From Chiloscyllium plagiosum (lineage: Eukaryota): DNA of 27,706 nucleotides. The DNA lies in assembly GCF_004010195.1 (NCBI RefSeq), contig NC_057754.1, positions 13,082,927 to 13,110,632 of the forward strand. Reading direction: 5' to 3'. The position numbers and the translations under genes were made by a program. The notes under the pieces were generated by a model, which had not been told where the DNA came from, made no database searches, and worked only from the letters and a program-made list of their open reading frames with translations. Positions 10,961-21,259 of this stretch are shown here, piece after piece; the stretch's first letter is position 1; every line of letters starts with the position of its first letter.

Positions 10961-11174
10961 AGCTTCTGAAAATTCAAATAAACCATATCCCCCATACCAC
11001 CATGCCCTGCCTCAACCTTATCTACTCTGCCATTTATATTCACACCTACAAATACAGGTTCAAAAACATATTGTATAAGATGCACATCTAAGGGTCCAGT
11101 GATTGGATATTGACATATTTCAGCATGCTCCCGACTTACTATCAGGCTAACACTGTTTGGATTTTGACTGGCAG

Positions 11175-12745
11175 CAGAAAGGGTTGTGGGAGTTCTTGTT
11201 TATCAATCTGATAAAGGTATCAGGTAATAGCGAAGGCAAATCAAATGCTGCCATTTATTACAAAGGGAATGGAGACTAAAAATAGGAAGGTCTTGCTAAA
11301 ATATTTAAGATATGAGTCAGACCACACCCAGAATACGATGAATAGCGTGAGTCCCCGAAGGAAAGATATTCTCGTATTGGAGCCAGATCAGAGAAGGTTC
11401 ACTCGGTTGATCCTGGGAATGGATGAATTTTCCAATAAGAGGTGGAGTAGATTGAGGTTGAATGCATTGAAGTTTAGAAAAATGAGAGAGAAATCGAATG
11501 TAACATCCAAGATTCTGAAGTGCTTTGATCGGGTAGATGCTGGGAATTTAGAAATTAGAAAGTACAGCACAGCCATAGGCCCTTCGGCCCACCATGGCTG
11601 TGCCGACCATGATGCTACTCTCAACTCAACCCATCTGCCTGTTTGGGGTCCATATCTCTCTATTCTCTGCCTGTTCATGTTTCTGTCTAAGTGCAACTTC
11701 AAAACTTTACTCACGTTTCCATTTCTACGACCTCCCCCTGTAACATTAAAAAAAATCTTGCCTCACACATCGTGTTGGAACTTTCTCTGTCTCACCTTAA
11801 ACCTCTGCGCTCTAGTATTTGAAGCTTACACATTGGAAAAGAGATTCTGACTATCCACATTATCTCTCCCTCTCCAAATGTTATATTCCTGTACCTGGTC
11901 ACCTGTCAGCCTCTGATACTCCCTCAAAACATCCAACTTTGTTTAATTTCCTCTTACGCTTAACACATTCTTTTAAAAAAAAACCTTTTGTACCCCCTCC
12001 AAAGCCTCCACATCCTTCCTATTGTGTGGAGATGAGAACTGCACATAGTATTCTAAATGTGGACAAATAAACGTTTTATTCAATTACAACATCAGATGCA
12101 AACCACCATACTCAGCGTTGTGACTGATGAAGGCCAGTGTTCCATTTGCTTTCTTTCCCATCTGAAACACTTCTGTTGCCATTTTCAGGAAGTTACTGAC
12201 TTGCACCAAGATACGTCTGTATATTAATGTCCCTCAGTATCCTAACTTTCTTCTTGAATTTGACATCCTAAACTCCATCATCGCACACTTGTCCCAATTA
12301 AACTCAATTTGCCACTTCTCTGAACATCTTTGCAACTGATCAGTAACCTCCTGCAACTTTGGATCTCCTTGTTCATTCACCCCAACTCCACCAATTTTCA
12401 CATCATCTGCAATAATTTTCTAAGTCACTTCCTTTCATTTCAATTGTATGAGAATCTGTAACCAGAGGGCATAAAATCCCAGCAAGGGCTCACCCATTTA
12501 AGATGGAGATGAGGAGGAATGTCTTCACTCAGAGCGTAGTGACTCTGTGGGAATTCCAGACTGCAGGGGACTGTCGAGCTGGGTCATTAAGAATATTTAC
12601 AGCAGAGATGTTCAGATTTTAATTCATCCGGGAAACAAGGGTTTTGTGGGTAAGGCAGGAAAGTAGAGTTGAAGAATATCAGATCAGCCATGATCTAATC
12701 GAAGGGCAGAGCATATTCAATGGGTAAAATGGTTCCGCTCCTCCC
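11175..12745 (+). mobile_element. Decayed CR1 3' region split by a nested antisense CR1
   Basis: MLPFITKGME..QRRFTRLILGM..FDRVDAG to ~11545, resuming at ~12430 with ACCAGAGGGCATAA..TTCACTCAGAGCGTAGTG and a 3' UTR (ATCAGCCATGATC). Confidence 0.85.
11546..12412 (-). mobile_element. Nested antisense CR1, RT C-terminus plus 3' UTR and tail
   Basis: Tail TTAGAAATTAGAAAGTACAGCACAG..GGCCCTTCGGCCC. Antisense RT signature GATGAGAACTGCACATAGTATTCTAAATGTGG at ~12030. GCAGATGATGTGAAAATTGGTGG (ADDVKIGG) on the minus strand at ~12390-12410. Confidence 0.88.
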
Positions 12746-12789
12746 TCTCATCGTCTTACCTCAAACTCAGTACCTACATTATAAGGTTA

Positions 12790-13355
12790 TGGGTCTCTGC
12801 TCACAAAACCCCTTTATGATGGGATTGTTAGATATTTATTATTACACAGCATTTGATCAACAATATAAAATTTTGTTGATGGCTCCTTGATATGATGTTA
12901 TGGAAAACCATCTCGTAAACAATCCAGGATTCCATTCATTACAGCCCTGATACTCATTAGTTATCCAGTCGAGATAGAGACCACTATCACACACAGTTAC
13001 TGTACTGCCCTTTCTGCAAGTATTTTCAGTGTCCTGACTGTAACCATATTTGCATTCCCATCACTGGTTAGTTCCTATAAAATAATTCCTGCTAATGGTT
13101 GCTGATGCTTGTTTATTCCCAGCTCCATCCAAATAGCCTCCAAACTTTGACCTTCAATTCCACGTGGCAAACTTATTAATGCATTAATCTCATCCTTTCT
13201 TCACAACTTGTTGGCTTTTTGCCTGTCCTGCCTAGATCCCAACAAACCTTCAATATTCCCTTCCCAGCGATGGTCATTCTGCAGCTATAACTTCGTAATA
13301 ACAGTTCCATCATATCTTTTCACCGTCATTCCGTCTGCCATATGGCGAATGCAGG
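12790..13355 (-). mobile_element. Highly decayed antisense CR1 endonuclease region
   Basis: Minus strand reads CIRHMAD..YDGTVITKL*LQNDHRWEGNIEG..RQDRQK and EAIWMELGINK, decayed forms of CR1 EN motifs. Confidence 0.7.
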
Positions 13356-13389
13356 GAGTCAGTCCTCAGTAGTGCGGGGTTGAACAGAT

Positions 13390-14150
13390 AGATAAAGGTT
13401 CCAGAAATAGGGAGGCTTACAGAGGCTCGAGGATGTTAAACAAAGTTACATCTGGTCAAGAATGTCAGCTGGTCAAAGGGGTTTGGCGATTGGAGGAATT
13501 TACAGACATAGAGGGAGCTGGATTAAATTCTGGAGATAGGGATAGGGATGGATGTAGGGTAAGGCAGGCAAACTGAGAGGGACAGACAGGGGGTGTTTCT
13601 GGGAGAAGAGTATTGTGTATACTAACAGAGATATGGATGGTTGTAGTGATGGAAGACGTTTACAGATATAAGAAGGCTTCAAGGTTCTGGAGGCTACATA
13701 GATAGGAAGGCAATAGAGAATACCAGGTTGCTGTGTTGGTGACAGTTACACAAATGGGGAGGATGGAACAAACTGAAAGAGGTTCCTGCCGTCAAGCGGG
13801 TTGGTGGGGAGAGGGTGAAGTTTAAATAGATTAAGATGGAAGAATTGGAGTGTTACGATTTTTTTCACAGATAAGGAAGGGTTGTGGAGCTGGAGAAGTT
13901 TACCCAGATAAGGATGGATGGAGAGGCTTGAGACAAAATACATTGACATGGAGTGTGGTATTGGTAGGAGGAGCTTACAGGGATAGACAGGACTGTCGGG
14001 GTTTACAGGAAATTAGTATCTGCTGGAGGAGTTTAGGATAAACGTTGTTAGGGATTGGAGAACCTGTCAGAGTCATAGAGAATGGTGTGGACTAGAGGAG
14101 ATTCCAAACAGAGGGAGAATTATTGGGACTGGAGGATATTACAAAGATCA
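13390..14150. repeat. Degenerate purine-rich minisatellite array
   Basis: Recurrent variants GGAGGAATTTACAGACATAGAGG, GGAAGACGTTTACAGATATAAG, GGAGGAGCTTACAGGGATAG and GGAGGATATTACAAAGAT, with strong G/A strand bias. Confidence 0.7.
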
Positions 14151-14367
14151 CTAATACAGCATAGGCCAGGATTGATGCCTGGGATCCCCCTGTGCTGTCT
14201 CATTAAGGACCAGTACAGCAGAAGAGCAGGACCCTCACAAAATGGTGGGAATGAAGCCTAGAATGTTGTTTTTCCTTGGCCAGCAATATATTTATGTCCT
14301 GTCTTCCGGATCTGAATACAGAAGGCCACTAACTCCTCCCTGTGCTGTTTACTGTGAGCGATCTTAC

Positions 14368-14479
14368 CGGCTGCAGGATTTACTGAAGGCTTGAGATCTC
14401 CCTCTCCATCTCTCTCTGGCTGACCAAGCATCTTCAATGATGTAATGGACGAGACAGGAGTTAGAAAAATCCTGATTAC
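14368..14479 (-). other. Putative 112-nt exon, copy B module 1
   Basis: Acceptor TCTAATTTCCCATTCTGTCTGTTTCTGTCTCATGCAG|GTAAT (AG 14481-14480) and donor GCCG|GTAAGA (GT 14367-14366). ATG with A at -3 (14431-14429) would give MLGQPERDGEGDLKPSVNPAA and a phase-1 intron. The phase-1 entry frame GNQDFSNSCLVHYIIEDAWS.. is also open. Confidence 0.55.
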
Positions 14480-14558
14480 CTGCATGAGACAGAAACAGAC
14501 AGAATGGGAAATTAGACTGATGCAGTGAGGATGACTCATGTACAATAGTACTGAGTAC

Positions 14559-14653
14559 CACAGAGATCTCAAAGATCCCAGTCTCCGTCCCTGCTCTGTG
14601 CTGCCTTGTCTCTCTGTATTGGAGGATTCTGTTGGTTCAGGATCACAGACCAG
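14559..14653 (-). other. Putative 95-nt exon, copy B module 2
   Basis: Acceptor TCTAATTGTTGCCTCTGTCAATGCCTCTCGCTCTTACAG|CTGG (AG 14655-14654). Weak donor GTG|GTACTC would leave a 79-nt intron to module 1. Confidence 0.3.
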
Positions 14654-14769
14654 CTGTAAGAGCGAGAGGCATTGACAGAGGCAACAATTAGACCCACACA
14701 GTGAGGGGCACCACATGGAGAGATACTGAGTGATATCACCAGAGTGAACGAAGATTTCAGGAAGAAACC

Positions 14770-15505
14770 ATGGTGTCAGAAGAAGTGATTCTGATGCAGT
14801 GGGCACTGCTACCAGTACTCAGGGAGGAGTCAGCTATTGTAATGGGATGGTACTGTGCTGGGACCAGTGTGCTGGTCAATCATATGACCAGGATTATATA
14901 GAGTGTTTTAAACTGACACAGATGAGGAGGGACAGGGCTCAGCTGAAAGGAAATTCCGAGTTCGAAAGAGAAAGGTTGAAACATTGAAACGTTGCTGAGG
15001 ACGATAAACAAAAAGAAACAGGAAGAGACTGAGTTTAATTAAAATTATACATCTCCAAATATGTTTGTGACAGGACATTGTGGTAAACAAGTAAATTACT
15101 GTTTCTTAATTTGAATGCATGAAGCATTTGCAATAGGGGATATGGACGTGTGACTGTGATTTCTATCTAATCACCATCAGGGAGACGTGGTCACAGGATG
15201 AACAAAAAGATGGGGCATCAATAGTCACAGCTGCACAATATTGTTGGAAGTCAGGCAGAATGGGAAGTATGATTGGAATCGCTCATCGTTTGGGGTATCA
15301 TTGGGATTATCAAGAAGATATATGGCCTCAGATTACGAGGGAGTCTGAATCCAAATTCTGGGTAATAAGGGTCAGAACACAGAAGTGGAAGGGCAGTGTT
15401 AAAGTCCTTTACAGCATTACATTGTTAGACACTGCATTGACAGGAAATTATTGGAATGTGTAACAAAGACACGAGGATGATTCGGAGGGAATTCAATTTT
15501 CCTAT
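14770..15505 (+). mobile_element. Highly decayed CR1 ORF1 end plus endonuclease (paralog of 2950-4250)
   Basis: GTGCTGGGACCAGTGT..TTTAAACTGACA is shared with ~3451-3515. GAGACGTGGTCACAG (ETW-like) at ~15182 and GGGAATTCAATTTTCC (GDFNFP-like) at ~15487. Confidence 0.7.
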
Positions 15506-15519
15506 CTCATTCTCTTATT

Positions 15520-15850
15520 GAGATAAGTCACAGACGAGGCTGACTCTATCCTACTCTCAAGGGGAGTCTGTAGGTAGCTGTACAGACCGATATGCCTTTC
15601 CACAGACTCTGTTATACTTGGGGCAGAAGGTGGCCGTGGTAAGGGGGTGGGTGAGGCGTTGGTGTGTCAGCGAGCTCCTTGCGCTGTTTTCTCCTGGATT
15701 CCCCTTTTCCCCCACAGCAAGTCTCGAGGAGCTCAACACCGTCCCAATGCTCCTCCCCCAGTTTGGACGCTGTTGGCCCAGTAATTGCCAGGATTTACCA
15801 GATTTGATTAATAGATGCTCAGAAGACAAAAGAAAGCCTAACAATGCTTT
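15520..15850 (-). mobile_element. RTE-clade LINE 3' end fragment
   Basis: Minus ORF SWQLLGQQRPNWGRSI resembles the RTE motif WE.LA.DR..WR..I. FCPKYNRVCGK followed by frameshifted HIGLYSYLQT resembles the RTE C-terminal C2H2-like motif CP.C.R.C.SRIGL.SHLRTH. Confidence 0.7.
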
Positions 15851-16074
15851 AGAAATATGGAAGCATTTGTTAAAGGGGTCACTAGGGATCTACTAGCAGG
15901 AAAAGTGCAGTAGGAAGAGGAAACATTGTCAGGGTTTAATCAGATGATAGGAACAGGGAGAGGTGAGGGTGCTGGAGTTTGTGCGAGTGCTACAGAGAGT
16001 GGTCAGGGCCTGAACAATGCTACAGAGCCAGTACGAATTGCTGCAGCTAGACCTGCAGAGGTAGGTACGGACAT

Positions 16075-16300
16075 ATGTATTTTGATTGATTCAGTCATGG
16101 GCTGAGGATGTCACCGGTTGAACCAGCGTAAATTACCCCACTGCTAATTGCCCAGAGGACAGCTCAGAGTCAGTCACATTGCTGCGGGTCTGGAGTCACA
16201 TGTGAGCCAGAAAAGGTTAGAATGTCAGATGTCCTTCCCTCAAGGACACAAATGAACTAGTTGAGTCTTTCCACAAAATCAACAATGTTTTTATGGTGGC
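16075..16300 (-). mobile_element. SINE 3' half, paralog of 4865-5085
   Basis: CACATTGCTGCGGGTCTGGAGTCACATGTG..GGTTAGAATGTCAGATGTCCTTCCCT, with the same junction to antisense CR1 as in copy A. Confidence 0.75.
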
Positions 16301-17422
16301 CACACTAATGTGTTGTACAGACACAACATGACATCCCAACTCCTTCTATCAATGCTCTGCCCAATGAAGGTAACCATCCCAAACACCTGCTTCAACAGCC
16401 TGTCTACCTATAACACCACTTTCAGAGAACTGTGTACCTGCATCCCTGGGACACTGATTGACAACACTACCCAGGGTCTGAACATTAACTGTACAAGTCC
16501 AGCCCTAATTGGCCTTAGCAAAACGCGATGTCGTGCATTTCTCCACCTGCTATTCCTAATCTCACTGGCCCAGCAGAACTGTTGATCCCATTGTACTCTT
16601 AGATAACCCACTTTACCACCAATTTCAGTGTCACTCACAAACCTGCTAACCATGACTCCTGTATTCTCTTCCAAACCCTTTATATAAATGATGCACAACA
16701 GTGACCCAGCATCGAAACCCATGACACACCGTTGGTCACAGGCCTGCAGTTTGAGCAGTTACCCTCTGTAAACAGGCTCTGTTTCTTACTGTCAATCCAA
16801 TGTTGTATACAGTTGGTGAGCGCTTCCTGGTTATGTGTGATCTAAGCTTGTTAATCAGTCTGCCATGCAGACCCTTGTCAAAGGTCTTGCTCAAGTCCAT
16901 GGAGAGATCACCAACTGCTCTGCCGTGATCTATGATTTGTCTACCACCACGAAGTCAGGTTTGTGAGACATCATCGTCCACACACAAAGCCACGCTGAAT
17001 ATCGCTAATCATTCCTTGTCTTTCCTGATATGGTCCTGGGGATTTTCCACGTTTATGCGTGTCAAGACATTCACCACCTCCTCCTCTGTAATATGGAGAT
17101 TTTTCAAGATGACACCATCTATTTCCCAACATTCTATATCTTCCATGTCCTTCTCTACAGTAAACACTGATGCAACATACTTCTTTAGTATCTGCCCCAT
17201 CTACTATAGCTCCACATGCAGGCTGACTTGCTGACCTCCCGAGTTACCATTTTGTCCTTTATATATTTGTAAAAACCCATTGGATTCTCCTTGACCCTAT
17301 TTACCAAAGCTATCTCATATCCCCTTTTCACCCTCATTATTTCACTCTTGAGTATACTCCTACCGCCCTTATAGTCTAAGGATTCACACTATCTCTCCTG
17401 TCTGTTCCCGACATACGCTTGC
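16301..17422 (-). mobile_element. Old antisense CR1 ORF2 fragments
   Basis: GSLLCIIYIKGLEENTGVMVSRFVSDTEIGG (ORF 16408..16722) and MGQILKKYVASVFTVEKDM (ORF 17009..17200). Confidence 0.88.
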
Positions 17423-19150
17423 TTAGAACATAGAACATAGAACAGTACAGCACAGAACAGGCCCTTCAACCCACGATGTTGTGCCGACCATTGGTCCTCA
17501 TGTATGCACCCTCAAATTCTGTGACCATATGCATGTCCAGCAGTTTCTCAAATGTCCCCAATGACCTTGCTTCCACAACTGCTGCTGGCAACGCATTCCA
17601 TGCTCTCACAACCCTGTGCGTAAAGAACCCGCCTCTGACATCCCCTCTATACTTTCCTCTAGACTTTCCTCTAACCAGCTTAAAACTATGACCCCACATG
17701 TTAGCCATCTCCGGCTATCGACTCTATCTATGCCTCTCATGATCTTGTATACCTCAATTAGGTCTCCTCTCCTCCTCCTTTTCTCCAATGAAAGAAGTCC
17801 GAGCTCTGTCAACCTCTCTTCATAAGATAAGCCTTCCAGTCCAGGCAGCATCCGGTAAACCTCCTCTGAACCCTCTCCAAAGCATCCACATCTTTCCTAT
17901 AATAGGGCGACCAGAACTGGACGCAGTATTCCAAGTGCGGTCTAACCAAAGTTTTATAGAGCTGCAGCAAGATCTCACGACTCTTAAACTCAGTCCACCT
18001 GTTAATGGAAGCCAAAACACCATATGCTTTCTTAACAACTCTGTCCACTTGGGTGGCCATTTTAAGGGGTCTGTGTACCTGTACACCAAGATCCATCTGT
18101 TCCTCCACACTGCCAAGAATCCTATCCTTAATCCTGTACTCAACTTTAAAATTCGACCTAACAAAATGCATCACCTCGCATTTATCGAGGTTGAACTCCA
18201 TCTGCCACCTCTCAGACCGTCCCTGCATCCTGTCAATGTCCCGCTGCCGCCTACAACAGCCCTGTATACTGTCAACGACACCTCCAATCTTTGTGTCGAC
18301 TGCAAACTTGCTGACTTATCCTTCAATCCCCTCATCCAAGTTATTAATAAAAATTACAAACAGTAGAGGCCCAAGGACAGAGCCCCGTGGAACACCACTC
18401 ACTACTGACTTCCAGGCAGAATATTTTCCTTCTACGACAACAAGCTGTCTTCTGTTGGCCAGCCAATTCTGTATCCAGACCGTTAAGTTCCCCTGTATCC
18501 AATTCTTCCTGACCTTCTGAATGAGCCTACCATGGGGAAAGACAGAAGCAAAAAACTCATTTAGGGCTTCGCCTACCTCCTCAGACTCCACACACAAGTT
18601 CTCTATGCTATCCCTGATCGGCCCTACTCTTTCTTTGACCATTCTCTTATTCCTCACATAAGTGTAAAATGCACTATAGACATGTGGAGACTGTTTAAGG
18701 AGACTGTTTAAGGAGCAAGTGTAAAATGCCGTTGTGTTCTACCTAATCCGTTCTGCCAAGTCTTTCTCGTGCCCCTTCCTGGCTCTCTTCAAACCATTTT
18801 TGAGCTCCTTCCTCGCCTGCCTGTAATCCTCTAGAGATGAGCTTAACCCTAGCTTCCTCCACCTTATGTAAGGTACCTTCTTCCTTTTGACGAGAAGCTC
18901 CACCGCTCTCGTCATCCAAGGTTCCTTTATCTTAACCCGTCTTGCCTGTCTCAGAGGGACATATTTATTCATCACTCACAACAATTGCTCCTTAAACAGT
19001 CTCCACATGTCTATAGTGCCTTTACCATGGAACAATTGATCCCAGTCCATGCTTCCTAACTCATGTCTAATCGCATCATAGTTTCCTCATACCCAATTAA
19101 ATATCCTCCCATTTTTCCTAATCCTCTCCTTGTCCATAGCTATGTAGAAT
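17423..19150 (-). mobile_element. Young antisense CR1 with (TTCTATG)n tail, internal deletions and a templated insertion
   Basis: TAGAACATAGAACATAGAAC tail at ~17424. LVRPHLEYCVQFWSPYYRKD and [21 protein letters not shown]. Catalytic motif mutated to FAVD. FASVF is joined directly to PHGRL at ~18537. Confidence 0.95.
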
Positions 19151-20030
19151 CCTCTCTAAACATTGTTGTTATGTCGTCCCTTATCAAAAGGACAACCTTC
19201 CTTCCTCACGTACTTGCCCTTCTGTCCCGCCCGTAGCTTCTGTATGCTGGAACAGTGAGCTGCCAGTCCTGCCCTTCTCTCAGCCATGTTTCTGCTATGG
19301 CTATCATATCCCACTCCCCAGAACCAATCCATGCTCTGAGCTCGTCTGCCTTACCAGTCAGGCCTCGTGCGTTGAAATAAATGCTCTTTAAACCAGATGT
19401 CATTTCCTTCTCTCGACTGTGTCCTGGATATCCTGAATAGTAAATTTGCTCTTGATGGCTAATGTATTTTCCCCTCACTGGTCAATGATCCCTCTCTTTT
19501 TCGGAGTCCCTCCCAAAATAGTTTAATCTTTTCAGGATAACACTATCAAATCTGCCCGCAGTGAGACTGGTGCCCCTCTGGTTCAAGTCCAATCCGTCCT
19601 CTCTGTCCAGGTCAACTCTACACCAGAAGAGACCCCAATAATCCAAGAACTGAAAACCCTTGCCCCTACACCAGCTCCTCAGCCACGTATCCATCCGGCC
19701 TATCTTTCTATTTCTATCCTCACTCGCACGTGGCAATGGGAGTAATCTGGAGATCACTCCCCTTGAGGACATCCTTTTTAACTTCTTACCTAACTCTCGA
19801 TACTCATTTCACAGTGGCCCATTCCTTTGTTTACTTCTGTCATGTGGACCGATGTGCACAATGACCTCTGGCTTTTCAACTTCCCTTCAGAATGTTCTGT
19901 AACTGTTTAGAGACACCTTTGACCCTGGTACTCGGGAGACAGCACACCATCCTGGGGTCACTTTTGCCGCCATACAGTCTCCTGTCTGTCCCCCTCACAA
20001 CTGACTCTCCTATCAGTATTGCTATCATTA
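19151..20030 (-). mobile_element. Older antisense CR1: ORF1 esterase plus start of endonuclease
   Basis: ILIGESVVRGTDRR..MVCCLPSTRV, VISRLLPLPRASEDRNRKI..DGLDLN, and IYFNARGLTGKADELRAWI..AIAETWLREGQDWQL. Confidence 0.9.
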
Positions 20031-20034
20031 GAGA

Positions 20035-21255
20035 GGGTCTGGGAAACAGAGACACGGAGGAAACGACCTGCAGTTGGGACAATATTTGCAAAGTGGAGTA
20101 TGTTAAAGTGATACAGTGAGAATTCAGGGACAGTGTGTTCATGAAGAGGGAATGGCAAAGACAGCACGTGCAGTGAACACTGATCAAGCGATACCGTGAG
20201 TTTGATAAGAAAATACCGTGCAATATAAACTAATGAAGTCCTTCACAAGTATAAAGAGTGCAAGAGGGTCCTTAAAAAAGAGGATCAAGTAATATTCATG
20301 AAATATCCTTGGCAGATAACGTTAAGGAAAAACCACAAGGTATTTCCCAGTACAGTTAGAGTCAGAGGATTACTGGGGCATGTTAGAAACCAAAGAGGCA
20401 ATCTGTGCCTGAAACCAGAGGAAGAAGGTGAAGTCGTCAATGAATAATTCCCATCTGTATTCACACAGGAGAAAGGCATTGCAGCTGGGGATTTCAGTTG
20501 GAATGGTGAGGTTCGAGAACATGTTAAGATCAATCAGGAGGAGTTATTAAATGTTTTCACAGGCATCAAGGTGAAGAAATCCCCAGTGCCCAATGCAATG
20601 TATCCCAGGTTGCTATGGGAGGTAAGGGAGGAGATTGCTGGATCCCTGGTGGATATAGTTAATACTTTGCTGGCCACAGGTGAAGTGTCGAATGACTGGA
20701 GGATCGCTAATGTGATTCCTTTGTTCAAGAAGGGCAGCAGGGATAGGCCAGGTAATTACAGAGCAGATAGACTGATAACAGGGGGCAGGAAATTATTGGA
20801 ATCAATTCTGAGGGACACAATGAATCAATAATTGGAAAGGTAGGGATAGATTGGGGACAATCGGCATGAATTTGATAAAGGAAGATCTTGTCTGAAGAAT
20901 TCAGGTGAGGTTTTGAAATAGCAACGAAAAAGTATTCATGTGGGCAGTTCAGATGATGTGTGTTCCATGGAGTTCATTAAGGCCCTTGAAAAGGTCCCAC
21001 ATGGTCCAAAAGGGCTGAGCCCATGGGATCCAAGGCAAGTTGGCAAATTGGATCCAAAATTGTTTGAGGGTTGTTTTTGTGATGGGAAGCCTTTCACCAG
21101 CAGGTGTACCACAGAGACCTGTGCTGCTAGCTTTGCTGTTTATGATGTACATTAACGAGTTAGATGTGAAAGCAGGAGGTATCGTTAGTAGGTTTTCAGA
21201 TGACAGGAAAGGTAAGGATGTTGTCCACAGTGAGGGGGATGGTCTCAGGCTATAG
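20035..21255 (+). mobile_element. Decayed CR1 ORF2 (linker plus RT)
   Basis: KSPVPNAMYPRLLWEVREEIAG..DWRIANVIPLFKKGSRDRPGNYR and GVPQRPVL..YINELD..RFSDD. Confidence 0.9.
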
Positions 21256-21259
21256 TCTG

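Noticed and set aside
14258..14806. 182-aa and 115-aa (2529..2876) minus ORFs as single-exon paralogous proteins
   Set aside because: They run through pyrimidine tracts and fall out of frame with each other at the module-1 acceptor. A spliced or non-coding reading fits better.
17788..18520. Long plus-strand ORFs (192 aa, 171 aa), and similarly minus ORF 7740..8252
   Set aside because: Antisense shadows of CR1 RT coding sequence, with no independent protein features.
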